Origin: Actinomycetota bacterium
GTDB taxonomy: Bacteria > Actinomycetota > Thermoleophilia > RBG-16-64-13
DNA: 64,000 bases
Assembly: GCA_016278725.1 (NCBI GenBank)
Contig: JADQBG010000010.1
Span: forward strand, 112,229 to 176,228
Direction: 5' to 3'
Below, in pieces: positions 46,539 through 55,007 of this stretch. Below the pieces are notes generated by a model. The model saw nothing but the letters and a program-made list of their open reading frames with translations. It was not told the DNA's origin and searched no databases. Each line of letters starts with the position of its first letter. The stretch's first letter is position 1. The position numbers and the translations under genes were made by a program.

Positions 46539-48533
46539 ATGGATCAGCCTATACAGAATGTTGGAATACGTAAGGCACTGGGGCTGCTCTTCGGGGTCCT
46601 GCTACTCGCTCTGCTAATGCCGGCAGTGTCGCACGCGGCAGAGATCAACCTGGCCATCACCGAGTTCGACATCGAGCAGTTTCCCGAAGCCTCGGCCGTA
46701 GTCCAGGTCGGTGGGGAAGCCGCCCTGAAGGGTGACTTCGATCCCGCCGCGCTCGAGATCCTGGTGGACGGAAAACCGATCGCCAACGCCAAGGCGGAGG
46801 CGACCCGGACCGAACCCATCCCCAGCACAACCGTGCTGCTCCTGGACGAGTCGGGCAGCATGAAGGGCGCGGCTATCGCGGCGACGGCGGATGCAGCCCG
46901 ACGCTTCGTCCAGTCGATGCGACCGGCGGACAGGGTGGGGCTCTACACCTTCGACGAAGAATTTCGGGTGCTCGCGGAGCCCACCAGCGATCCGCAGGCG
47001 CTGCTCGCAGCGATCGACACCCTGAAGGCCCGCAAGGAAACCGCCCTCTACGACGCGGTGAACAAGAGTCTCTCCGCCCTGGCGGGCAGCTCTGGCGGCG
47101 GCTCCCGCTATCTGGTGGTCCTCTCCGACGGGGGAGATACCGCCAGCAAGGGAACCCTCGAGGAGACCCTCGCTCAAGCCCGGGCCGGCAACGTGCAGAT
47201 CTACACGGTGGGCCTGATGGGCACCGAATTCGACGCCCGCCCGCTGCAGCAGCTCGCCGAGGCCACGGGGGGACGCTATCTGGAGGCACCGAACCCAGAG
47301 GCGCTGGGCAATCTGTATTCGAGCCTCGCCCGGGAGATTCAGAATCAATTCCGACTGACGTTCAAGCTCGACCCGGCGGCCTCGGGCAGCGGTAACCTGG
47401 TCGTGCAGGCGAGCAGCGGCGGCGCCACAGTCGAGGCCGCGCGCGGATTCTTCTACCCCACGCCACCGCCCACCGCCGCCCCGGTCGCCCCGCCCGTCGA
47501 GGAAGTTGCGGCCACACCGGTCAGCGTCCCGCCCCTGGAGCAGGATGGTTGGGTCGCGGCGTTCATCGGCTGGGGCGGCAGCGACTACACGGTGGCGATA
47601 CTCCTCTTCGTGCTCCTCCTGCTGGTTGGCTACCTGGTCCTAGGGGCGTTGATGCCCAAGCGCGACGTCCTGGCCGAGTACTCGGACGTGCTGGAGAACC
47701 GCCGACGGCTGGGGCCCCGAGCCGCGGGCGAAGATCTCAGCCGCAGACCCGGCGAAGCCTTCACCCAGAAACTCCTGGACCTGCGCGGCTACAACGACCC
47801 CCTGCAGCAGCGAATCGAGGCCGCTGGTTGGCAGGTGCGCACCTCTGAGTTCGTGCTCTTTCACATCGCCGCGCTGGTCATCATGATCGCCTTGGTACTG
47901 TCGCTCGGCCTGCCGGGCCTCATCGCGGTCATGCTTTCGGTGATCGTCGGATTCGCGCCTCTGCTGTTCCTCGACTACAAAGCCCGCAAGCGTCGAGACG
48001 CCTTCGAAGGTCAAGTGCCCGACACCCTGCTGATGATGGCCGGTTCGTTCCGCGCCGGACAGAGCTTCGAGCAGGCCATGCAGGTGGTCGCGAGCGAAGG
48101 GCCCGAGCCCACCGCCACCGAGTTCAGCCGGGTGCTGGCCCAGCAGCGGCTGGGCGTAACCCCCGAGGTAGCCCTGCGCACGCTCGCGGACCGGATGCAC
48201 TCCGAGGCCTTCGACTGGGTGGTGATGGCCACCATCATCCAGCGGCAGGTCGGCGGCAACCTGGCCGAGGTCTACGAAAAGATCGCCCATACCCTGCGCG
48301 AACGGGTCAAACTGGGGCGCTTGGTGAAGACGCTGACCGCCGAAGGCCGCCTGAGCGCCATCATCCTCATCGCCCTGCCTTTCGCGGTGGGCGCGCTCAT
48401 CTTGATCATGAACGGTGAGTACCTGGAACCGTTGTGGACCACCTTGGCGGGCTACGTGATGGTGGGAGTCGCGGCCGCGGGCATGCTGGTGGGCGTCGTC
48501 TGGATGCGACGGATCATCCGTCTCGGAGTCTAG
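46539..48533 (+). CDS. tadB: fusion protein: signal peptide + von Willebrand factor A (vWA) domain + TadB (T2SS-F-type) membrane domain
   Basis: Residues ~90-270 carry vWA (VLLLDESGSM...LSDGGDT, MIDAS-like DxSxS). Residues ~330-664 match the TadB/GspF-family platform (TM helices; LLMMAGSFRAGQSFEQA). Confidence 0.7.
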   Translation: MDQPIQNVGIRKALGLLFGVLLLALLMPAVSHAAEINLAITEFDIEQFPEASAVVQVGGEAALKGDFDPAALEILVDGKPIANAKAEATRTEPIPSTTVLLLDESGSMKGAAIAATADAARRFVQSMRPADRVGLYTFDEEFRVLAEPTSDPQALLAAIDTLKARKETALYDAVNKSLSALAGSSGGGSRYLVVLSDGGDTASKGTLEETLAQARAGNVQIYTVGLMGTEFDARPLQQLAEATGGRYLEAPNPEALGNLYSSLAREIQNQFRLTFKLDPAASGSGNLVVQASSGGATVEAARGFFYPTPPPTAAPVAPPVEEVAATPVSVPPLEQDGWVAAFIGWGGSDYTVAILLFVLLLLVGYLVLGALMPKRDVLAEYSDVLENRRRLGPRAAGEDLSRRPGEAFTQKLLDLRGYNDPLQQRIEAAGWQVRTSEFVLFHIAALVIMIALVLSLGLPGLIAVMLSVIVGFAPLLFLDYKARKRRDAFEGQVPDTLLMMAGSFRAGQSFEQAMQVVASEGPEPTATEFSRVLAQQRLGVTPEVALRTLADRMHSEAFDWVVMATIIQRQVGGNLAEVYEKIAHTLRERVKLGRLVKTLTAEGRLSAIILIALPFAVGALILIMNGEYLEPLWTTLAGYVMVGVAAAGMLVGVVWMRRIIRLGV

Positions 48534-48547
48534 GGAGGGATGTAAGA

Positions 48548-49483
48548 ATGATCGTATACGCTCTGATTTTCGTGTTGGCGCTCGGATCGGTCCTGCTCTT
48601 CGTGAGGGCGCTTGCCGGGGGTGGCCAGGCGGAGAAGGTATCCGCCTCGCTCGGCCGGCTCGAGGCCTACGACCTCAAGTCCTATCGCCAGGCGGAACTC
48701 GCCCAACCAGCTTCCACCCGGATCATGCAGCCGATCAACGCCCGGTTGGCCCGCTTGGCCCGCATGATGACTCCGCAGGGCCGGTTGAGCCGCCTGGAGG
48801 CACGGATCGAGCAGGCCGGCCGGCCCTGGGGCTTGGACCTGAACGCTCTACTCGCCCTCAAGTTCGTGGGATTGGCGGGCGGCGCCGTCGCCGCCATCGT
48901 GCTCGCGGGGACCGGGTGGGTATCGACTCCCGTCTTCATGCTGATCTCGGCCGCCATCGTCGGCCTCAGCTACTACCTTCCCGATCTGTTGGTGCGGTCC
49001 TGGGGCAAGGAACGCCGCGCCCGCCTGTCCCGCTCGTTGCCCGACTTCATCGACCTGCTCACCGTCTCGGTCGAGGCGGGACTGGGACTCGACGCAGCGA
49101 TGGCGCGAATCGCCGACAAGGTGCGCGACCCTTTGCGCGAGGAGATCCTCATCACCCTCCACCACATGCGGGTGGGCCAGAGTCGCGAGGCGGCGCTGCA
49201 GGAGATGGCCCGCCGCTGTAACATCAAGGATCTCGACTCTTTCGTGATGGCCTTGATCCAGTCACAACGCCTTGGGGTCAGCCTGGGTCACGTACTGCGC
49301 ATCCAGTCAGAGTCCATCCGCGACGCGCAAAAGGCCCGCTACGAAGAGCAGGCGCAGAAGATGGGCATCAAGCTGCTGTTCCCCCTGATCTTCTGCATCT
49401 TCCCTTCGCTGTTCGTGGTGATCCTGGGTCCGGCAGCCATCCGGATCTACACCGTTCTGCTCGGCACCCTGGCGGGAGAGTAG
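48548..49483 (+). CDS. tadC: TadC (T2SS-F family) platform protein
   Basis: Start MIVYALIF after an AGGGAGGG RBS. LLTVSVEAGLGLDAAM T2SS-F motif. Confidence 0.75.
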   Translation: MIVYALIFVLALGSVLLFVRALAGGGQAEKVSASLGRLEAYDLKSYRQAELAQPASTRIMQPINARLARLARMMTPQGRLSRLEARIEQAGRPWGLDLNALLALKFVGLAGGAVAAIVLAGTGWVSTPVFMLISAAIVGLSYYLPDLLVRSWGKERRARLSRSLPDFIDLLTVSVEAGLGLDAAMARIADKVRDPLREEILITLHHMRVGQSREAALQEMARRCNIKDLDSFVMALIQSQRLGVSLGHVLRIQSESIRDAQKARYEEQAQKMGIKLLFPLIFCIFPSLFVVILGPAAIRIYTVLLGTLAGE

Positions 49484-49488
49484 TCTCC

Positions 49489-49959
49489 GTGACGGCAGCT
49501 CTCAACCTCTTGTTTCCCGCGGCCGCCCTCGCGGTCCTGGCCTCGGTGACGATCACCGATATTCGCCGCATGGTCATTCCCAACCGGATCGTGCTTCCGG
49601 CCGCGGTAGCCGCGCTCGCCTTCAACCTGGCGTGGGGGCCGGGGCCCCGGTGGGAGTACCCGCTCGCCGGACTCGCCGCCTTTGCCTTCCTGCTGGTCCC
49701 GGCCGTCATCCGGCCCGGGGCCATGGGAATGGGTGACGTGAAACTCGCACTCTTCATGGGCTTTCTGCTTGGCCGGTATGTGGCGGTGGCGCTGTTCCTG
49801 GCGCTCATCGCGAGCGCACTGATCGGGCTCGGCCTGATCGCGACAAAGGTACGGGGGAGGAAGGACCGAATCCCCTTTGGCCCCTTCCTCGCCGGGGGAA
49901 GCGCCGTCGCACTGATGGCGGGAGAACAGATACTCTCGGCTTATCTCGGCACGCTCTAG
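49489..49959 (+). CDS. tadV: A24-family prepilin peptidase (TadV/CpaA)
   Basis: 156 aa polytopic protein; DIRRMVIPN ... GMGDVKL catalytic Asp motifs. Confidence 0.7.
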   Translation: MTAALNLLFPAAALAVLASVTITDIRRMVIPNRIVLPAAVAALAFNLAWGPGPRWEYPLAGLAAFAFLLVPAVIRPGAMGMGDVKLALFMGFLLGRYVAVALFLALIASALIGLGLIATKVRGRKDRIPFGPFLAGGSAVALMAGEQILSAYLGTL

Positions 49960-50043
49960 TTCGCGCGCGAGCATGACTCGCCCCCCGCCCGTGAGCCTGC
50001 CCTTCACGCAGAGCAGGCCGGGCGAGTTTGGGAGGAGAATCTT

Positions 50044-50217
50044 CTAGAACATTCGCACCAGGCTGCGGATGGAGCCCACCAGCAAGGCGAACCCGGCAAG
50101 TATGTAGCCCAGCGCGAAGAAGGGCTGATCGAACTCCATGGCTACGTTCGAGGCGCCGAACGCCCCCCAGGCCAGAAAGACCAGCCCCATCGCCTGAATG
50201 ACACCGTTGGGAATCAT
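50044..50217 (-). CDS. small membrane protein (57 aa, 2 TM), hypothetical
   Basis: Found by manual translation (MIPNGVIQAMGLVFLAWGAFGASNVAMEFDQPFFALGYILAGFALLVGSIRSLVRMF); below the ORF-track cut-off. Lies between the two prepilin peptidase genes. Confidence 0.3.
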   Translation of the reverse strand: MIPNGVIQAMGLVFLAWGAFGASNVAMEFDQPFFALGYILAGFALLVGSIRSLVRMF

Positions 50218-50372
50218 GACCCTCTCATCGGCCTTTCCCTTGAGCTCCTTGACTATCGCCTTCTACCCAGATCGGCCGCTTTACTTTCCTAGGGGAAGGA
50301 ATTCGCGGCACTTTGCGCCACAGCCTTACCGCATTGCGGCTTAACAACGAGCCCCAAGCGTCATAGAATGAA

Positions 50373-51023
50373 GTGACTACTCCCCAGCCCCAGGCTCTAG
50401 TCGGGGTGGTCATGGTTTCCTGGATCGCAGCGTCAGCCGCAGTCCTCGTCGGATTCGTCTCCGGCACCGCCGTATGCCATATGGCGGATCCCGTCCCTGC
50501 CGACCGCCTTCCCCGCTGGATGTGGCTTTTCCACTTGGGACTCGCGTCGGCCTCCTCGGTCTTTTTCCTCGCTGCCTTCATCAGTCACGGGTTCACCGTC
50601 CGGCTGCTGGCGAGCTGGGTGCTGCTGGTCACCCTGGTGGGGGTCGCGGTGCTGGATGTCGAACGGTTTCAGGTCCCCAACAAGATCGTGGTTCCGGGAG
50701 CCCTTCTCGCGCTGCTTTTGGCCCCCAGCCTGACCGGCTCGTCCTGGTGGATGCACCCGGCCATGGGATTGCTGGGAGGCGGAGTTCTGCTGGCGCTCTC
50801 TGTCGGGCCGGGGAACTCGGTGGGCCGGCCGGAGGTGAAGCTGGGGATCTTCTTCGGACTGGTCCTCGGGGAGCTCATTGCTCTCACCTTGGCGCTCGCG
50901 CTGGTGGCACGGCTGGTGGTGCAGCTCGTGCTGATGACGGCGGACCGCTGCGAACTGGGGCTGAAGGTCCCGCTGGCCCCCTATTTGACCGCGGGTGCGG
51001 CTATCGCCGTGCTGGTGCTCTAG
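50373..51023 (+). CDS. second A24-family prepilin peptidase-like membrane protein
   Basis: LDVERFQVPNKIV ... GRPEVKLG motifs parallel the DIRRMVIPN/GMGDVKL motifs of the first peptidase. Confidence 0.6.
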   Translation: MTTPQPQALVGVVMVSWIAASAAVLVGFVSGTAVCHMADPVPADRLPRWMWLFHLGLASASSVFFLAAFISHGFTVRLLASWVLLVTLVGVAVLDVERFQVPNKIVVPGALLALLLAPSLTGSSWWMHPAMGLLGGGVLLALSVGPGNSVGRPEVKLGIFFGLVLGELIALTLALALVARLVVQLVLMTADRCELGLKVPLAPYLTAGAAIAVLVL

Positions 51024-51194
51024 GATCCGAGCGCGTGGCCGCGACAGACCAACGATGCCGAATGGAGGAGGATCTTCCGGCTCACACCCCCGAGACTGCG
51101 CTGCGCCTTCGAGGTTCGGGGTCCACAACGTCAAGGCTCCCTCCTATAATAAATGTAGCGATGCGAAGCGCGAACCCGACAGGGGGTAACAGCC

Positions 51195-51437
51195 ATGGAA
51201 GCGCGGCTGCACGGGATCCAGGAAGAAATCAAAGTTGGCGACACGGTCGAGACCAGCATGGGCGTGGGCGAGGTGGTGCGGATCGTCGACCCGGTGCGCG
51301 AGGTCGACCAAGCCATGCTCGAGGTCGACCTGGGCAACAAGTGGATGAACGTGGACAAGGTGCGCTCGATCGTGCGCAGGGCGGAGACGTACCCCAAGCT
51401 CGAGGAGCCGGCGCCGGGCTGGGACGAGCACGAGTAG
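51195..51437 (+). CDS. hypothetical small protein (80 aa)
   Basis: Acidic, KOW/SH3-like pattern (KVGDTVETSMGVGEVVRI). No confident family assignment. Confidence 0.4.
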   Translation: MEARLHGIQEEIKVGDTVETSMGVGEVVRIVDPVREVDQAMLEVDLGNKWMNVDKVRSIVRRAETYPKLEEPAPGWDEHE

Positions 51438-51447
51438 CGGCTCCGCC

Positions 51448-51472
51448 AAAAACCCCGCCTGGGGCGGGGCCT
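51448..51472 (-). terminator. rho-independent terminator downstream of tRNA-Ala (minus strand)
   Basis: Minus-strand reading: CCCCGCC-cca-GGCGGGG followed by TTTTTGG. The hairpin is preceded by A-run on plus strand and may also stop the small + ORF. Confidence 0.6.
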
Positions 51473-51493
51473 TCGGTGCAAACTTCAATACTA

Positions 51494-51569
51494 TGGTGGA
51501 GGATACCGGATTCGAACCGGCGACCTCCGCCGTGCAAAGGCGGCGCTCTCCCAACTGAGCTAATCCCCC
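51494..51569 (-). tRNA. tRNA-Ala (anticodon TGC)
   Basis: Reverse complement GGGGGATTAGCTCAGTTGGGAGAGCGCCGCCTTTGCACGGCGGAGGTCGCCGGTTCGAATCCGGTATCCTCCACCA. Has the G3:U70 identity pair, TGC anticodon and encoded CCA. Confidence 0.9.
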
Positions 51570-51665
51570 AGGTAATGCTTGGTAACTTAGCCCACCGGCC
51601 GACGCCCTGCAAGCTTCCGAAAAAGCAAAAACCCCGGGACCGCTATCGGCTGCCGGGGCTCCCAG

Positions 51666-51739
51666 TGGGCCTACGTGGATTCGAACCACGGACCTCACCC
51701 TTATCAGGGGTGCGCTCTGACCAACTGAGCTATAGGCCC
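51666..51739 (-). tRNA. tRNA-Ile (anticodon GAT)
   Basis: Reverse complement GGGCCTATAGCTCAGTTGGTCAGAGCGCACCCCTGATAAGGGTGAGGTCCGTGGTTCGAATCCACGTAGGCCCA. GAT anticodon; CCA not encoded. Confidence 0.9.
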
Positions 51740-51871
51740 TCAAAGACGGGATGAGTAGTTTACCGGCCGCTCCGGCGTTGTCAAGCAGCACACCCGGCCC
51801 GAGCACTGCACCGCCGGCCCGCACTCCCCCGTGTGATTCGGCCTGACATATGGGGTAGTCTTTCCCTACCC

Positions 51872-52363
51872 ATGGAAGGCTTCGAGAAAATGGTCGTCTA
51901 CGGCGTCAGTTTCGACGTCGTCAACAAGCAGCCGATCGTGCTGCTCAAGGTGGAAAACGGCAACCGCTATCTGCCCATCTGGATCGGGCATCCCGAGGCC
52001 GCCGCCATCCTGATGAAGCTCCAGGACAACGAGATGCCCCGGCCAATGACCCACGACCTGCTCACCAATGTCATCGACGGCCTGGCCGGCCGCGTCGAAC
52101 GGGTGCTGGTCACCGAGTTACGGGAGAACACCTTCTACGCCCAGCTCCATCTGGTGCAGAACGAGCAGGAACTCGAGATCGACTCGCGCCCCTCGGATGC
52201 CATAGCCCTGGCGGTGAGAACCGACGCCCCCATCTACGCTTCGGACAATCTCATCGAGCAGAATGGGATCGAGTTCGACCCGGAAGAGGACGACGTGGAG
52301 AGCGTGGTCGAGGAATTCCGCGATTTTCTCGAGGACATTTCCCCGGAGGATTTCTCGAGCTAG
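51872..52363 (+). CDS. bifunctional nuclease family protein (BFN/DUF151)
   Basis: PIVLLKVENGNRYLPIWIGHPEAAAI... matches the DUF151 N-terminal pattern. Start could be 51833, 51872 or 51890. Confidence 0.6.
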   Translation: MEGFEKMVVYGVSFDVVNKQPIVLLKVENGNRYLPIWIGHPEAAAILMKLQDNEMPRPMTHDLLTNVIDGLAGRVERVLVTELRENTFYAQLHLVQNEQELEIDSRPSDAIALAVRTDAPIYASDNLIEQNGIEFDPEEDDVESVVEEFRDFLEDISPEDFSS

Positions 52364-52680
52364 GCCTCGTCTTCCCCTTCGATCCGCGCAACCTCCCGCT
52401 TGACCACTTCCAAGATGGAGCCGTAGATCTCCCGCAGCGCCTCTTGGGAGAGCGGTCCCTGATTGGAGCGCGACAGGTAGGTGAGCACCCAGTCTTCCTG
52501 GCGGGGGTCGACGAAACCGAGACCCTGGCTCTCCTTGTACTGCTTCAGCTTCTGAACCAGCTTAATCCGCTTGTTGAGAGCTTCGAGGATCTTGACGTCG
52601 TTGTCGGAGATCTGTTCCCGATACTGCTTGATCACGGGATCCGCGACGGGACGGTTGGTCTGCTGCTCCTCGGTGCCCAC
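52360..52680 (-). CDS. chorismate mutase (AroQ class)
   Basis: IKQYREQISDNDVKILEALNKRIKLVQKL...REIYGSILEV CM_2 helices. Start placed at a GTG preceded by AGGAGG; the ORF-track upstream extension to 52845 is probably not translated. Confidence 0.6.
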   Translation of the reverse strand: MGTEEQQTNRPVADPVIKQYREQISDNDVKILEALNKRIKLVQKLKQYKESQGLGFVDPRQEDWVLTYLSRSNQGPLSQEALREIYGSILEVVKREVARIEGEDEA

Positions 52681-52828
52681 GGTGCCTCCTCGGCCCAGTT
52701 TCTTGGAAAAGGGAAGCAGTAGCCTACAGGACGCGGAGTACCTGGCCAAGAGCACCAAGAGTGGGAGGCCGCTGCCGATGGTATAGTGACAGCGGAAACC
52801 GACCTGGAGGCCTCGAAAGGTTCCTGGA

Positions 52829-53158
52829 ATGAAGCCAGACGTCATCGAGCTTCGCGAAGACGACTTCGAGCGCGAGGTCCTGGGTGCCCAGGAGCCTGTG
52901 CTGGTGGACTTTCACGCCGAGTGGTGCGGCCCCTGCCGAACTCTGTCTCCGATTCTCTTGGAACTCGCGGCGGAAATGCGCGGCTCCATGCGCGTGGCCC
53001 GCGTCAACGTGGACGAGGAGCCCGGACTGGCCGCCCGCTACGACGTCTTTTCCATTCCCACCATGATCCTTTTCCAGGGGGGCTCGGTCCGCAAGCGGCT
53101 GATCGGCGCGATGCCCAAGCGGCGCCTCCAGGATGAGCTCCGCGAATTCGTTCGCTGA
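52829..53158 (+). CDS. trxA: thioredoxin
   Basis: VLVDFHAEWCGPCR active site; 109 aa. Confidence 0.9.
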   Translation: MKPDVIELREDDFEREVLGAQEPVLVDFHAEWCGPCRTLSPILLELAAEMRGSMRVARVNVDEEPGLAARYDVFSIPTMILFQGGSVRKRLIGAMPKRRLQDELREFVR

Positions 53159-53244
53159 GAAAGAGGCCGATCGGCCGCCGTGCCCCTACGCCTGGGGCGG
53201 CCGCAAGACTACTGGTCAGAATTCACAACCATCGGAGGACAACG

Positions 53245-53454
53245 ATGTGTGAGGCGCACGCCTATTTGATGAAGGACGGGGACTCCGAGCGGGTGATGGA
53301 GAACGTGATCAGCATCGGCTACGACGGTCCCGATATCGTTCTGCGCGACCTTTTCGGCGACCAAATGCGGCTGCGCGCCCGCATCCGCGAGGTTGCCCTG
53401 ATCGAGCACAAGATCTTCCTGGAGCCGGTCGAGGAAGACGCCGCCTCCGCCTAG
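53245..53454 (+). CDS. CooT-family small protein (putative nickel-binding CODH accessory / RNA_bind_2 family)
   Basis: 69 aa starting MCEAHAYLMKDGDSERVMENV...; the conserved Cys2 and beta-barrel pattern match the CooT family. Confidence 0.5.
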   Translation: MCEAHAYLMKDGDSERVMENVISIGYDGPDIVLRDLFGDQMRLRARIREVALIEHKIFLEPVEEDAASA

Positions 53455-53561
53455 CCTCAAGCGCCCCCGCCTACCCACGGCCTAGCCCCGGCCGCGGGAG
53501 ATGCCGCGGCCGCCCGGGCTGCAGCGGCGGGCCGTGGTGGTGCCTGGGGTCGACGGCGCGG

Positions 53562-55007
53562 CTAGCTGATGCCGGCGCTCGCGGAGCGGCAGGCCTCGAC
53601 GAAGCGCTGCGCGGTTCCCTCCACCGAAGCCAGATGCACGAGCACGCGCGCGCAGACAAGCCGCGCGGCGACCGCTCCCTCCAGTTGAGCCCGGCCCCCT
53701 TCGCCCACGCTGAAGGCGAAATTCCGCGCGACCGGTGATTCCGCGATCTCCGCGTCTGCGGTCACCCAGCCGGTCAACCGCTCCCCCTCTTCGAAGAGCA
53801 GGTTGCCCCGCCGCGCCTCGAGACTCACGTACTCGGGCGGCCGCAGGTCGCCCAGGAGTTCGCCCTCCGAGGGGAGCACCCCGGCCAGTGCGAACGTGCG
53901 CCCCGAGGGCGCCTGTAGCCGCCGGAGCAGATAGAGCATGCCGCCGCCCAAGGCCAGGGTGGGCAGGCCTTCGGTAATCCGCAGACGGAGGTCCCGCATC
54001 AGCGGGAAGTTCTGGGAGAGCTCGGGCAGGGCTTCCGGCCAGAGGTGGCCCGCGAGGACGAGACCCGCGGCCTCTTCGGGAAGGCGGTCGTCTTCCAACA
54101 GGTCCAGGCGCCGCACCTCGGCGCCGGCTTCTTCGAGGAGTTCGATCGAGTCTCGGCTCCAGGGGGTAAAGCCGCGGCCTCCCGCCACCAGCACCACGGG
54201 GCCCTTTGCCGGCGCCCGCGTGGGCTGAGCCGTGCGCGGCAGGAAACCTCGCTGCCCCGCCAGATCCTCGAGTCCGGTGATGTCGATCTGCGAGAAAACC
54301 GCCTCGAGCATCTCATCGGAGAGCGGCAGGCCCGCGGGACCAGCTGCGGGCATCTTCCATTCCAAGCGGCCGTCGGCATAGATCGCACCCACCACGGGCA
54401 CTCCGGTCCGGGCGAGCAGTCCTCGCAGCCGTTCCAGGGCGTCCCGGTTCTCCACCCCGCACAGCAGTAGTCCGGCCAGATTCCAGTCCTGCGCGCGTTC
54501 GTTGAAGGCATTCGCCAGCGCGGCTATCCCTTCCCCCCAGCCACCGGCATCGATCAGCAAGACCACGGGGCAATCCAGCCGGCGGGCGACATCTGCCGGC
54601 GTCCAGTCCCCCTCCGTCGAACAGGCGGCGGCCGGATCGGTGTCGAACAGGCCGCGATCCGCGCTCAGCAGCGACAGGTCGGCGTCCCGGGTGGCCCGTT
54701 CGTAGAGAGAACGCATCGCGCCGAAACCGTAGAGGCAGGGGTCGAGAAAAGACGAGCCTTCCCAACGGTCCCAGGCCAACGCAGGCGAGGAAACGCCCAC
54801 GTGGTGATAGCGCACCTGCCGCCGCTGACGTCCCACGATCTCCGCCGCGGCGGCGGCAACGACCGAGGGCAACGTCGAGCGGTGAGTCGGAGCCAGCATG
54901 ATGCGGGGCGTGGACAATCTCTCCCTCCCTTCCTCGGCGGAAGCCCCTTCGCGTGAAAATCCTACACTAGGGCGCCTTCTCTGCCGAATACCACCTGGAG
55001 ATGGCAT
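53562..55007 (-). CDS. CobB/CbiA-like protein (cobyrinate a,c-diamide synthase family) with degenerate active sites
   Basis: CbiA-domain pattern (DCPVVLLIDAGG...GLLLCGVENRD...) and GATase_3-like C-terminus. The Walker A reads APTHRSTLPSVV instead of GTxSGVGKT. The catalytic Cys of AECGG is replaced (LGGGMLYLL). The true start may lie downstream of 55007. Confidence 0.5.
   Translation of the reverse strand: MPSPGGIRQRRRPSVGFSREGASAEEGRERLSTPRIMLAPTHRSTLPSVVAAAAAEIVGRQRRQVRYHHVGVSSPALAWDRWEGSSFLDPCLYGFGAMRSLYERATRDADLSLLSADRGLFDTDPAAACSTEGDWTPADVARRLDCPVVLLIDAGGWGEGIAALANAFNERAQDWNLAGLLLCGVENRDALERLRGLLARTGVPVVGAIYADGRLEWKMPAAGPAGLPLSDEMLEAVFSQIDITGLEDLAGQRGFLPRTAQPTRAPAKGPVVLVAGGRGFTPWSRDSIELLEEAGAEVRRLDLLEDDRLPEEAAGLVLAGHLWPEALPELSQNFPLMRDLRLRITEGLPTLALGGGMLYLLRRLQAPSGRTFALAGVLPSEGELLGDLRPPEYVSLEARRGNLLFEEGERLTGWVTADAEIAESPVARNFAFSVGEGGRAQLEGAVAARLVCARVLVHLASVEGTAQRFVEACRSASAGIS

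Noticed and set aside
50474-51754. 426-aa plus-strand ORF spanning the second peptidase gene and both tRNAs
   Set aside because: It reads through two tRNA genes and a terminator. The Arg/Gly/Pro-rich translation has no motifs.
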